Assembly (NCBI GenBank): GCA_951813565.1
Contig: OX638351.1
Coordinates: 1,152,001 to 1,216,000 of the forward strand
Direction: 5' to 3'
Length of the DNA stretch: 64,000 bases
DNA from: an uncultured Poribacteria bacterium
GTDB lineage: Bacteria > Poribacteria > WGA-4E > WGA-3G
In this document: piece after piece, positions 32,014-41,759 of the stretch
Layout of the letters: every line of letters begins with the position of its first letter
Numbering within the stretch: position 1 is the stretch's first letter
Position numbers and translations under genes: made by a program
Notes under the pieces: generated by a model
Told to the model about the DNA's origin: nothing
Databases searched by the model: none
Seen by the model: the letters and a program-made list of their open reading frames with translations, nothing else

Positions 32014-33873
32014 TTATCCGAAAATCTGCTGTTGGCACAACTTATGGTAAAGTCCGCCTTTTTCCAATAACTTTGTATGGTTACCGCTTTCTACTATTTC
32101 ACCATCGTTAATAACCAAAATATTGTCGGCACGCATTACCGTGGAAAGTCGATGGGCGATAATAAAACTGGTTCTGCCTTCCATGAGATTCGTTAACGAC
32201 TTTTGGATAATTGCTTCTGATTGTGTATCAAGGGCTGAAGTGGCTTCATCAAGGATAAGAATTGGTGCATCCTTCAGAATCGCGCGAGCAATAGAAATAC
32301 GTTGTTGTTCTCCTCCTGAGAGGTTACCTCCTGCTTCTCCTATTGGAGTATCGTAGCCATTAGGCATTTCAGAAATAAAACCGTGGGCGTTCGCCTTTTC
32401 TGCTGCTGCAATGATTGATTCTCTTGTTGCTCCCGGGGAACCGTATCCGATATTTTCTAAAACGGTGCCGTCAAAAAGAAATGTATCTTGTGGAACAAGA
32501 GCAATATTTTGCCTTAACGATGGTAAAGTGACTTCATCAACAGAAAAATCGTCAATTAAAATTGTTCCACTATCAACTATATAGAACCGTAGCAGTAGAT
32601 TGAGAAGTGTGGTTTTTCCGCTGCCGCTTGGACCGACAAGCGCGATTATCTCTCCCGGCTCTGCTGTAAAACTAACATTTTTAATCACAGGACGTTGTTG
32701 ATATGCAAACGAAACGTGTTGAAATTGGACAGTTCCTCTTACGTTGGGAAGTACACCTTTTTCCTCTGATTTAGTACCCGACTCTCTTTCTAAATCAAGT
32801 AGTGGAAAAATGCGTTCTGCGGAAGCAAGGCTTTGCTGTAATACATTATTGACGCTACCTATCGTCTTAATCGGTTTGTACATCAGTGCAACCATAAGAA
32901 TATAACCTGCGAACCAGCCGATAGTCAGCTTGCCTTCTATGACGTTCCAACACCCAAGTCCCAAAACGGTTGCGGTTCCGATAGCCGCCATCCATTCAAT
33001 AAGTGGTGGGAGGAGTGAAGCAAATCGTGCGCGACGAATTGCGGAGTTGTATTGGCCAGATGTGATCAATTGAAATCTTTTCATCTCAATTTTTTCAGCG
33101 GTAAAACTTTTTATTATGTTGATTCCGGAAAGAGTCTCCTTGAGTTGTGAATAGATGTCCGAACTACGTTGTTGGATTTCCGTGCTTGCTCTACGGACAC
33201 GTGTTCCTATGCGTGAGATGGAATACGCAATCATTGGAAGAACCAACATGGAGAAGATTGTCATTTGGATATTCTGGTAGAACATCACGGCGAGAAAAAA
33301 AGTGACCTTGATAATAGCACGCATTATTGATGCTGTTGCGGCGACAGCTTGCTGCAACATTCGCACATCATCGGTAACGCGTGTCATTACGTCGCCAGTG
33401 TGGTGTTCTGAGAGGGTACCCAGTGGGGCTGAAACAATTTTTTCATATAGGTCATTTCGTATGCGAAAACTCAATTTATTTCCGACACATTCCATTATAA
33501 AATCGCTGCCATAAACAAAAAATCCTTTTACAAAAACCAGACCGAGTAATCCTACTAAAAGCCAAAAAAAGAAGCGGAACGCGTCCGCCGCATCTGTCAA
33601 TGTAATTTCGAAACCTTCAAAGATGTTTTTTATGTTAAAAAACCGGATAGTAACAGGTTCGATAGATTGACTGAAGCCCTCTAATAGTTTTAGCGAATCA
33701 AGCGTATCTGCTAAAATCTGAATTGGCCCATAATCACAAACAGAAACAACTAAAGCACACCCCATCGCCAATATAATAGAGCCTTTGTAGGGAGTGAGAT
33801 AACGTAAAAACCGAAAAAGGTGATTTTTTTGTTGCAAGGTGTCATCACTTTGACCAGAAGGCTCAATCTTCAT
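32014..33873 (-). CDS. ABC transporter permease/ATPase (MsbA-like)
   Basis: TM domain plus GPSGSGKT, LSGGEQQR and ILDEATSALD. Confidence 0.92.
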   Translation of the reverse strand: MKIEPSGQSDDTLQQKNHLFRFLRYLTPYKGSIILAMGCALVVSVCDYGPIQILADTLDSLKLLEGFSQSIEPVTIRFFNIKNIFEGFEITLTDAADAFRFFFWLLVGLLGLVFVKGFFVYGSDFIMECVGNKLSFRIRNDLYEKIVSAPLGTLSEHHTGDVMTRVTDDVRMLQQAVAATASIMRAIIKVTFFLAVMFYQNIQMTIFSMLVLPMIAYSISRIGTRVRRASTEIQQRSSDIYSQLKETLSGINIIKSFTAEKIEMKRFQLITSGQYNSAIRRARFASLLPPLIEWMAAIGTATVLGLGCWNVIEGKLTIGWFAGYILMVALMYKPIKTIGSVNNVLQQSLASAERIFPLLDLERESGTKSEEKGVLPNVRGTVQFQHVSFAYQQRPVIKNVSFTAEPGEIIALVGPSGSGKTTLLNLLLRFYIVDSGTILIDDFSVDEVTLPSLRQNIALVPQDTFLFDGTVLENIGYGSPGATRESIIAAAEKANAHGFISEMPNGYDTPIGEAGGNLSGGEQQRISIARAILKDAPILILDEATSALDTQSEAIIQKSLTNLMEGRTSFIIAHRLSTVMRADNILVINDGEIVESGNHTKLLEKGGLYHKLCQQQIFG

Positions 33874-33911
33874 ATTTATATTTTGTTCTGAGACAACGAT
33901 AGAAAATAGTA

Positions 33912-35069
33912 TTACTGTTTACCGGTAAACTTATAATCTCCAAACTGAAGCACCTTAATTTTTGCAGCAATTCCGGGTTCACAGCGGATATTAAGGTTTT
34001 GATTTTGGAAGTCCATCTTTTCAATAATTCCGATTGCTAAAGTTTCACCTTCCTCGTTTACCATTCCCACAAGACGTTGTTTAAAGTAAGCAGGTGTTTC
34101 TACTGCGGTAAACGATAAACTCAGATAGTTTTTTAGATTTTTAGTTGCAGATTGAGGCAGGTTTCTTCGCGCAATTAGACTTAAAGTGCGTTGTCTCCAC
34201 TCAGCATATATTATCTCTTCTTCGGTAAGGCGGGTAAGAATTTCAATTTCTTTCTGATTTGCGATTCTGCCGTTGAAAAATGAGGTGCGTGCACCTCTAA
34301 TTTGTTCATACGAAATTGTTTGAAGTTCACTCTCTGAAAAATATGCTTCAAACTTCGCTTTGCGATTGCGCTTACGCGCTTCACTGCTTTTTGTGCGTAC
34401 CAACTTATGTGGGAGTAGATAGTGAATTGTTGGATGATTTAAATCGCTGTAGCACGCAACAATCCTTTCCAAGTCTCTTGAACGCCCAATGCAGACCAAG
34501 TGATGTGGACGAATGAGATCAATTTTTTGCTGCTTTAGCGTTATAGCTGCGCCGTCGTGAACATATCCTGTTGTATCAATTACAGTGAAGTCTGCACCGG
34601 CATTCAATCCAGCGTCTACCATCAATCGGGTTCCAGTTAAAATCGGAAGTAGATTGCGCTGTGGTGATACTGCTCCGACAAAGTAAAGCGCATCTGCTTT
34701 GTGGTATAATTCACTACTTCGGTTTTTCTTTCTGTCCTCAATTTGTTCGGTTTTCGTATCAGAATTTTTCTGATTGGTAGCAGTGCCATTTTCGTGACCA
34801 CCAAAAGGTAAATGCGGTGCAGCACCGTCCGGTCCGGGATCAAAAAGTTTCATACCAATAGTAGTTGGGGGACCGATTTGAGATTGTCCAACATCAGCGT
34901 CAACAAGTGCAACTTTCAACGACGCTGCGCAAGCGTAATCAATCAGATAACGACAGAATGTTGATTTGCCTGCATCTGAAGGACCAAGGACGAGTACACG
35001 TTGGTTCGGCATTACAATGCGGCTTGCAAGCCGTTTCCAATCGAGATTAATTCGGTATTTGTGATTCAT
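33912..35069 (-). CDS. Clp1/Grc3/Nol9-family polynucleotide 5'-kinase
   Basis: GPSDAGKST, DADVGQSQIGPP, IDTTGY and R..NR...F..YF. Confidence 0.85.
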   Translation of the reverse strand: MNHKYRINLDWKRLASRIVMPNQRVLVLGPSDAGKSTFCRYLIDYACAASLKVALVDADVGQSQIGPPTTIGMKLFDPGPDGAAPHLPFGGHENGTATNQKNSDTKTEQIEDRKKNRSSELYHKADALYFVGAVSPQRNLLPILTGTRLMVDAGLNAGADFTVIDTTGYVHDGAAITLKQQKIDLIRPHHLVCIGRSRDLERIVACYSDLNHPTIHYLLPHKLVRTKSSEARKRNRKAKFEAYFSESELQTISYEQIRGARTSFFNGRIANQKEIEILTRLTEEEIIYAEWRQRTLSLIARRNLPQSATKNLKNYLSLSFTAVETPAYFKQRLVGMVNEEGETLAIGIIEKMDFQNQNLNIRCEPGIAAKIKVLQFGDYKFTGKQ

Positions 35070-35081
35070 GACAGATAGCCT

Positions 35082-35951
35082 CTAATTTCCAAGGCTAAGT
35101 TCATATCGAAATGTAACACCAGGGAAGTTAAGGATGTCGTCTAATTGAGGATTGTGTTTTATACCGATGAGTTGTTCAAGTAAGGATGATTTTCTTTGTT
35201 TTCGGACGACTTTAGGAGTGCCTTCAATGTTACCGAGCTCCCCAGCAATTTGGATAGCATCTTGCAGGTTACCTAATTTATCAACTAATTTGTGTGTGAG
35301 TGCTTGTTTTCCAGAAAAGATTCGCCCATCAGCGAGTTGAACGATTTCGTCTCGAGTTAGGTGTTCTTCACGTGATTTAAAGATTGCATCTACAAATTGA
35401 TTGTAAACATCGTCAACAGTTCCTTGCAGAACGTCTTTTTCCTCTTCGGTGAGATCGCGGAAAATTGATCCTGTGTCCTTGAATTGACCGCTTTTAATGA
35501 CTTGTTGCTCTAACCCGATTTTTTCGTATAAACCCTTCATCTTAGTGAACTGCATGATTACACCGATACTGCCGGTCAAAGTTCCTGGGTTGGCGACAAT
35601 AGTATCTGCTGCAGATGCAATATAATAACCACCAGAAGCGGCTGTTCCGCCCATTGATGCAACTATAGGTTTGTCCAACTTTGTTAATTCACGATGAATC
35701 TCTTGAACAGGAGCTACGCTCCCACCCGGTGTATTTATGCGGAGTACGAGTGCCTTCACGTTTGGATCATCTCGATAGGCGTGGATCAGTTTTATGGGAG
35801 CATCTGATTTGGATATGATGCCAGAAATATCAAGCACAGCGACTTTTTGACCGATGGGTGATGTCCCGACCATCATAATACGGACAATGACAGATAATAA
35901 AAAAAGAACAACAATAGCGAATATGATTATCAAGACACGTTTCTGTTTCAT
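35082..35951 (-). CDS. sppA: Signal peptide peptidase SppA
   Basis: RINTPGGS, AASGGYYIA, TGSIGV and DGRIFSG. Confidence 0.92.
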   Translation of the reverse strand: MKQKRVLIIIFAIVVLFLLSVIVRIMMVGTSPIGQKVAVLDISGIISKSDAPIKLIHAYRDDPNVKALVLRINTPGGSVAPVQEIHRELTKLDKPIVASMGGTAASGGYYIASAADTIVANPGTLTGSIGVIMQFTKMKGLYEKIGLEQQVIKSGQFKDTGSIFRDLTEEEKDVLQGTVDDVYNQFVDAIFKSREEHLTRDEIVQLADGRIFSGKQALTHKLVDKLGNLQDAIQIAGELGNIEGTPKVVRKQRKSSLLEQLIGIKHNPQLDDILNFPGVTFRYELSLGN

Positions 35952-35995
35952 TTTTGTGTAGTTTGACGGTTGTGATATACATCCAAAAAGTAGTT

Positions 35996-36736
35996 CTAAA
36001 TGTTGGGTAGGTTGCCCGATTCATTGATATGTTTCTTTTTCTTAAGCGGAAAAACAACTACCCAAACGGTTTTGAGCAGCCAACCTATATCGGAAATGAA
36101 GCCCTGCGTTGCCACGTAGCGAAGGTCAAGTTCTAACTTTTTCGGCATTAATTCTGTAATGTAATAATGTTCTGGATCGGTCTGTGCAGCTAATTTTTTT
36201 TCTTCATTTCGGTTAGCAATTTGAGAAGGTCCGGTAATACCGGGTTTCACAAGCAGTACTTGCCTTTGTGTTTCAGTATAATATTTGACGTAATTCGGAG
36301 CTTCAGGACGAGGTCCAATTAGACTCATCTCTCCCTTGATAACATTGATTAGGTTCGGCAGTTCGTCTAATTTTGTTACCCGTAAAAAACGACCAATCGG
36401 TGTTACACGTGAATCCCTATGCATTGTAAGACCGATTCCAATTTTATCAGCATTGATAACCATTGTTCTAAATTTATACATTTCAAAAATCGTTTTACCT
36501 TTACCTACGCGCTTCGCTTTATAAAACACAGGGCCGGTGGATTGAACTTTGGCAAGTAGGCATCCAAGTAAGAATAAGGGAGAAAAAAGCAATAAGGTAG
36601 TGACTGTGAAGAGAATGTCAAAACAACGTTTCGCCCAATTTGAACGAATACGTAGACCTTCACGGACAGATGAACTATCCATGGTCAAGGCTGTGTTTGC
36701 ATTTTGAGAAGGTTTATCAGGCGATGGATTTTGCAT
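35996..36736 (-). CDS. Bacterial sugar transferase (phosphoglycosyl transferase)
   Basis: KRCFD, YKFRTM, LDELP and GEMSLIGPRPE. Confidence 0.92.
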   Translation of the reverse strand: MQNPSPDKPSQNANTALTMDSSSVREGLRIRSNWAKRCFDILFTVTTLLLFSPLFLLGCLLAKVQSTGPVFYKAKRVGKGKTIFEMYKFRTMVINADKIGIGLTMHRDSRVTPIGRFLRVTKLDELPNLINVIKGEMSLIGPRPEAPNYVKYYTETQRQVLLVKPGITGPSQIANRNEEKKLAAQTDPEHYYITELMPKKLELDLRYVATQGFISDIGWLLKTVWVVVFPLKKKKHINESGNLPNI

Positions 36737-36829
36737 TTTACAGTAGATTTACGATTAACGAATCAACGTTGAACAGCGGGTTTTGAAAGCGTGTCAACAG
36801 GCCAAAATTCACCTTAATATTTTTATTGG

Positions 36830-38806
36830 CTATACACTCCTATCTGTTGTTTTAGGTTCGGATGTTTCAGCGTCTTTGGGAGAATTGATAAGATGGCTTC
36901 TGATATCGGATTGATTATCTCTATTCCTATTTGTTATGAATGCGCGATTTGGTTCATAAGTAGGTACTAATTCTTGGAATTTTGCTATAATTCCATCTGT
37001 ATCAAGCGCATCAGCCAATTCGGAAAGTTCCTCAATTTGAAATAGTAGTTGTTCTTCCGCAATGTTTTCCATTTGCGCGACGAAGATACGTTGATGTTTG
37101 GTTGCTGTGACACCTTCTTGGGGTGTAAGAAGTTCTTCATAGAGTTTTTCCCCTGGTTCCAAGCCAGTAAAGTCAATCTTAATGTCCTTGTCAAGTTCTA
37201 AGCCAGAAAGTCTAATCAGGTCACGAGCAAGGTCAAGTATTTTGATAGGTTCTCCCATATCCAACATCAAAATTTCGCCACCATTTCCCATAGCCCCTGC
37301 TTGAATTAAGAGTTGGACTGCTTCAGGAATCGTCATGAAATAACGAGTTGCTTCACGATGTGTAACAGTGACAGGACCCCCTTTTGCAATTTGTCGTATG
37401 AAATTTGGTAAAACGCTTGCACGGCTACCGATGACATTGCCGAATCGTACTGCAATAAATTTCGTTCCATTTCGATTCGCTTTACATTGGATGAGTTTTT
37501 CTGTTACCCGTTTAGAAGCACCGTAGACACTCGTTGGATTGACTGATTTGTCCGAAGACACGAGGATAAATGCTTCAACTTGATGTTTTATCGCAGCATC
37601 AATTAGATTTTGGGTGCCAAGTATGTTATTCTTTACCGCCTCATCCGGATGAATCTCCATGAATTTGACATGTTTATGCGCAGCGGCATGGAAAATGATA
37701 TGCGGACGGTACCGTTTTGTAATCTGAAAAACTTTGGAATTATCTCGAATATCACCAATAATTAATTCACGATTAAGTTGTGGGTCAGATTCACGTAGTT
37801 CCATATCAATATGATACAAACTATTTTCGCCTCTTCCGAAGAGAATTAGCAACTCAGGATCAAGTTTTGCTACTTGTCTACAGAGTTCAGAACCGATAGA
37901 ACCTCCCGCACCTGTTACCATGACCCGTTTTCCAGAAAGATATTTTGAGATTTCCGCTAAATCAACTGGCGTAGTAGGACGGTTAAGCAGGTCTTCAAAT
38001 TTTACTTCACGGATGTGATTGATACTAACCCGCCCTTCAAGTATAGCGTATATATTTGGGACGATCTTGAATTGACATTTTCGGTATTCACACTGTCGGA
38101 TTATATCCCGAATTTTTCCGCCTGGTGCTGATGGCATTGCGATGATAACTTCATCAATTTCACGCTTACGGGCAATGTAGGTAAGGTCACGCGTAGTGCC
38201 TAATACTTCAAGCCCAGCAATACTTTTACCGACTTTTCGTAAATTATCATCAATGAATCCAAGAGGTATATATCCTTTTTCAGGATGGTTCCGTAATTCT
38301 CTTAAGACTCCAATTCCAGCGATTCCCGCGCCAACAATTAGGATTTTAGTTCGTGGTGATGCGACGTCTTTTTGCCTACCTTCTTGAAAAATACGGTAGG
38401 AAAATTTTGCGAAACCGATTAAGGACGCGTTAAATAATCCATCAATTAAAAAGAAAATCCAAGTATCAATCTGCTTCAGAAATACCGATAGACAGATAAG
38501 GACAAAACTTGAGATTCCAATAGCAGTTATTAAGGTGCGAAATTCTTTTACACCTGCATATTGCCAAATAGGCTTATAAATTCGGAAGCATAAGAAGGTA
38601 ATGATTCGTACTGATGTTACAACGGCAGCAATACAAAATAAGAGTTGAGAAGACGAAATCTCAGAAAGAATTGATATTTGCTGGAACTCTGTTAATATAT
38701 TAAATTTGAGTTGTCTGCAAATAAAATAGGTTAATAGGAATGCAAAATTAACAAGCAATATGTCAATAACAATTGAAGAACTCCATTTTATTTTGGATTT
38801 TTCCAT
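36830..38806 (-). CDS. Nucleoside-diphosphate sugar dehydratase, CapD/PglF family
   Basis: 4 TM, GAGGSIGSEL, HAAAHKHV, VRFGNVIGS and GEKLYEEL. Confidence 0.92.
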   Translation of the reverse strand: MEKSKIKWSSSIVIDILLVNFAFLLTYFICRQLKFNILTEFQQISILSEISSSQLLFCIAAVVTSVRIITFLCFRIYKPIWQYAGVKEFRTLITAIGISSFVLICLSVFLKQIDTWIFFLIDGLFNASLIGFAKFSYRIFQEGRQKDVASPRTKILIVGAGIAGIGVLRELRNHPEKGYIPLGFIDDNLRKVGKSIAGLEVLGTTRDLTYIARKREIDEVIIAMPSAPGGKIRDIIRQCEYRKCQFKIVPNIYAILEGRVSINHIREVKFEDLLNRPTTPVDLAEISKYLSGKRVMVTGAGGSIGSELCRQVAKLDPELLILFGRGENSLYHIDMELRESDPQLNRELIIGDIRDNSKVFQITKRYRPHIIFHAAAHKHVKFMEIHPDEAVKNNILGTQNLIDAAIKHQVEAFILVSSDKSVNPTSVYGASKRVTEKLIQCKANRNGTKFIAVRFGNVIGSRASVLPNFIRQIAKGGPVTVTHREATRYFMTIPEAVQLLIQAGAMGNGGEILMLDMGEPIKILDLARDLIRLSGLELDKDIKIDFTGLEPGEKLYEELLTPQEGVTATKHQRIFVAQMENIAEEQLLFQIEELSELADALDTDGIIAKFQELVPTYEPNRAFITNRNRDNQSDIRSHLINSPKDAETSEPKTTDRSV

Positions 38807-38837
38807 ATTACCTCCTCTAATTGGGTGATTTTAATTA

Positions 38838-38939
38838 TGGTGGATCTTAGAATTAATGAGGCACTTTGCACCAGCACGGTTAGGAAACCGTGCCTGCCGC
38901 GGGAGGGCGAAAGGGTGTACTTATTTCTAAGATTTACTA
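38838..38939. mobile_element. About 100-bp TA-flanked MITE with REP hairpin
   Basis: TA|tggtggatcttagaa ... ttctaagatttacta|TA; internal gcacggttaggaaaccgtgc. Confidence 0.6.
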
Positions 38940-39129
38940 TAATCAACGTATAAATTTATATGTATAATACCTTTAGCGAATACATTGTATGAGAAACTCA
39001 CTTTGACCTGTGAATCAACGCTACGATTCGAGATAGGGATTTCATTGTGTATTCCCTCGCGTATAGTAAATCATATTTGCACTCTGTTGTCAATAAAAAT
39101 GCGGTGTCTGTTTTCGCGTCTATAACAAC

Positions 39130-39351
39130 GCCCTTTCCCAAAAGGTAATTTCGGTAAATTATCATTAAAATAATCCTGAAGCTCATAAATCTGCCCCGCG
39201 TCTTGCATTAGATCTGAATCCAAGCACGTGGGTAATAACCCAATCTTCAAAACCATGTGGGTCGGTGGCGATGAGGTCGATGTAGGGCGTCTGGGAAGTT
39301 TCGCATCTCGGTGAGGTTATCGTCGCGGATAAGGGTTCGGTTTTCGTGCAT
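39130..39351 (-). pseudogene. Collapsed remnant of a DNA methyltransferase/Mrr-like fusion gene
   Basis: MHENRTLIRDDNLTEMRNFPDA [frameshift] YIDLIATDP|HGFEDWVITHVLGFRSNARRGAD, then in another frame QIYELQDYFNDNLPKLP. Confidence 0.55.
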
Positions 39352-39380
39352 GGGGAACTGTTCTCGTAATCAAGTTTTTA

Positions 39381-39674
39381 CTAATCTTTAACCGAAATAA
39401 CTGTTTGAATTTTAAGCCATGAATCCCATTCATACATTTGGGCTCCGGCTAAAACAAGTTCTTTAATGTCTGTTTCAAGTTTATTGATAAGTTCTTCGGG
39501 GGCACGCCGATCATGCTTGATGTTTATTATGATACTTTTTCCATCTTTCGCTGCTAAACAATATGCATGGAATTTTTCATCGTTCACGCGTGGTAAAACA
39601 GAGTTTACCATAACAGCTAACCATTCCAAACGGGTTGGATTATATTCCTTTGCTCCTAATTCTTTCTTTGCCAT
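39381..39674 (-). CDS. Hypothetical protein
   Basis: 97-aa ORF with GGAGA SD. Confidence 0.6.
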   Translation of the reverse strand: MAKKELGAKEYNPTRLEWLAVMVNSVLPRVNDEKFHAYCLAAKDGKSIIINIKHDRRAPEELINKLETDIKELVLAGAQMYEWDSWLKIQTVISVKD

Positions 39675-39686
39675 CGTTTCTCTCCA

Positions 39687-40187
39687 CTACTTGACGAATA
39701 AGGTGATTAGGGTTACAACTACACCGATAACAGCAACACCAGCAGTGATAAAGATCCCAATAAACCACTTCAAACTCGATTGCTGCTCTTTCATGTCACT
39801 CTTAAGGTCGCTTCTAACGTTCTGGATTTCACTCTTGAGGTCGCTTCTAACGTTCTGGATTTCACTCTTGAGGTCGCTTCTAACGTTCTGGATTTCACTC
39901 TTGAGGTCGCTTTCTACTTTTTGGATGTCGTTTGTTAGATCATCTTTGACCTCCCTGATGTAATCTGTTAGATCGTCCTTAACCACATTTATGTAGTCTG
40001 TTAGATCGTCCTTAACCACATTGATGTCGTGCTTTACATCCTTGATCTGATTAGTTAAACGCCATTCAACAGGATCAACCTCTTTATCAACTTCCGTCAC
40101 TTGCGTATTGAATCCCTTCAGATCTGTTTGAATTATACTAATTTTTTCTTTGTAGTTTTCTGTGTTTTGATCTATAGATTCTGACAT
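39687..40187 (-). CDS. Coiled-coil 11-aa repeat protein with C-terminal TM anchor (DUF1640/Bdr-like)
   Basis: SDLKSEIQNVR x3-4 and VKDDLTDYINV x2 from 33-bp tandem repeats; hydrophobic C-terminus. Confidence 0.75.
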   Translation of the reverse strand: MSESIDQNTENYKEKISIIQTDLKGFNTQVTEVDKEVDPVEWRLTNQIKDVKHDINVVKDDLTDYINVVKDDLTDYIREVKDDLTNDIQKVESDLKSEIQNVRSDLKSEIQNVRSDLKSEIQNVRSDLKSDMKEQQSSLKWFIGIFITAGVAVIGVVVTLITLFVK

Positions 40188-40237
40188 AACACGCTCCTGC
40201 TACAAATTCCGCTCAATCTCAAAATCAGTTCCGCAAG

Positions 40238-41461
40238 TTAGATTTGGGCGTAAACTTGCTCTAAACGTTCAACGAGTACAGGCCAATCATAGCTTGCTTC
40301 AACTCGCTTTCTGCCTGCGTCAGCAAGGTTTTGCCGAATATCGGGGTTTTCAATTAAGTGAATGACACGTTCAGCAAAAATTTCAGGAGTATCGGCGATA
40401 AGAAGTTCTTTGTCAATTTCCGCCTCCATCCCCATAGCACCAATTGAAGTCGTAACAATGGGGGCCCCCATTGCCATTGCCTCTAAGTTTTTTGTTTGAA
40501 TCCCCGAACCAGCACGTAGCGGGGCAACAAAGATGGATGCCTTGTCAAAATAGGGACGAACATCAGGAACATAGCCTGTAACAACGACCCCTTTCCGTGC
40601 AGCAAGCCTGCGCACCTGCTCAGTCGGATGGTTACCAACAATAAAAAAAGTAGTATCTGGGTGCCGTTTCTGTATCAATGGAAAAATACTATTGCAGAAG
40701 TAGATGACTGCATCTGCATTCGGAAAATAGTTCATAGTTCCAGTAAACAGCAAGTTTATTGCTTGATCCTCTGCGACAGTAGGTGTCAATTGGTCTATAT
40801 CAACACTTTTTTTCCCGTTGACTTGATGCGGATGGAAATATTTGAGATCAACTCCCATAGGAACAACGGATAAATTTAGCGTCTCATCCTGATTCAGCAA
40901 GTAATCACGATCAAAGTTTGCGACAACGGTGCCACGGTCAAAAGCTTTCATAATATCAATTTCATAACGGCGGACCCGTTTTTCTTCCAATTTTACCAAA
41001 AAACGTTTTGGGGTGCGATCTAAATCTGCACGACGTCTCAAGTTTAATGCTAATGAATCACACAAATCCAAAACTTTTGCAGTTCCTTTAGTATGTGCTA
41101 CATATTGTCCCATCCGAAAAAGTTGTGCGTGAATTAGTTCAAAATTTTCCGCTGCCAGAAGTTGGTTAATTTTACGTTGCATTTGTGGTGAATACCAATA
41201 GTGTACTTGCAAAGGCAGCCGTGAAAGGCAGTGTATTGCGGTATTCATTGATGCGAACGCGGGACGAAACCGAACCCATTCCACCCGCTCACAGAAAGTG
41301 CTTAGATGTTCTACTCCTTCAATGTCAGTGTCTGACTCGGCAAAGAAAACGAGGGTGACATCGTGCCGTTTGGATAGTTGTTTGATAAAATGGTATGATC
41401 GAATGCGGTCACCTCGCTGTGGTGGATAAGGGGATCGCAAACTCAAAAATAAGATTCGCAT
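40238..41461 (-). CDS. GT4 glycosyltransferase
   Basis: PYPPQRGDRIR, FTGTMNYFPN and GIQTKNLEAMA. Confidence 0.9.
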   Translation of the reverse strand: MRILFLSLRSPYPPQRGDRIRSYHFIKQLSKRHDVTLVFFAESDTDIEGVEHLSTFCERVEWVRFRPAFASMNTAIHCLSRLPLQVHYWYSPQMQRKINQLLAAENFELIHAQLFRMGQYVAHTKGTAKVLDLCDSLALNLRRRADLDRTPKRFLVKLEEKRVRRYEIDIMKAFDRGTVVANFDRDYLLNQDETLNLSVVPMGVDLKYFHPHQVNGKKSVDIDQLTPTVAEDQAINLLFTGTMNYFPNADAVIYFCNSIFPLIQKRHPDTTFFIVGNHPTEQVRRLAARKGVVVTGYVPDVRPYFDKASIFVAPLRAGSGIQTKNLEAMAMGAPIVTTSIGAMGMEAEIDKELLIADTPEIFAERVIHLIENPDIRQNLADAGRKRVEASYDWPVLVERLEQVYAQI

Positions 41462-41501
41462 TTCGTATAACGACTCATATCAAGCGTCGGTTTTGCCAAT
41501 T

Positions 41502-41696
41502 TTATGTAGAAGGCGATTCTGCTTCATCAATCAACATGACCGGAATTCCATCGCGAATCGGATAACGCCTTTTACATTCACCTTGACATACTAATTTTTG
41601 CTCTTTTTCTACGTGTTCTATTTTACCTTTACATGCAGGACACGCCAGAATATCAAGTAAGGTTTGCGATAATGTATAGGGTTTTTCAGTATTCAA
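41502..41696 (-). CDS. Trm112/YcaR-family protein
   Basis: LLDILACPACKG...YPIRDGIPVMLIDEA. Confidence 0.9.
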   Translation of the reverse strand: MNTEKPYTLSQTLLDILACPACKGKIEHVEKEQKLVCQGECKRRYPIRDGIPVMLIDEAESPST

Positions 41697-41759
41697 AACA
41701 GTTCTCCAAAAAAGTTAACGGATTGAGTAGAGATCGTGTGTAATAGATATTTAATACCC

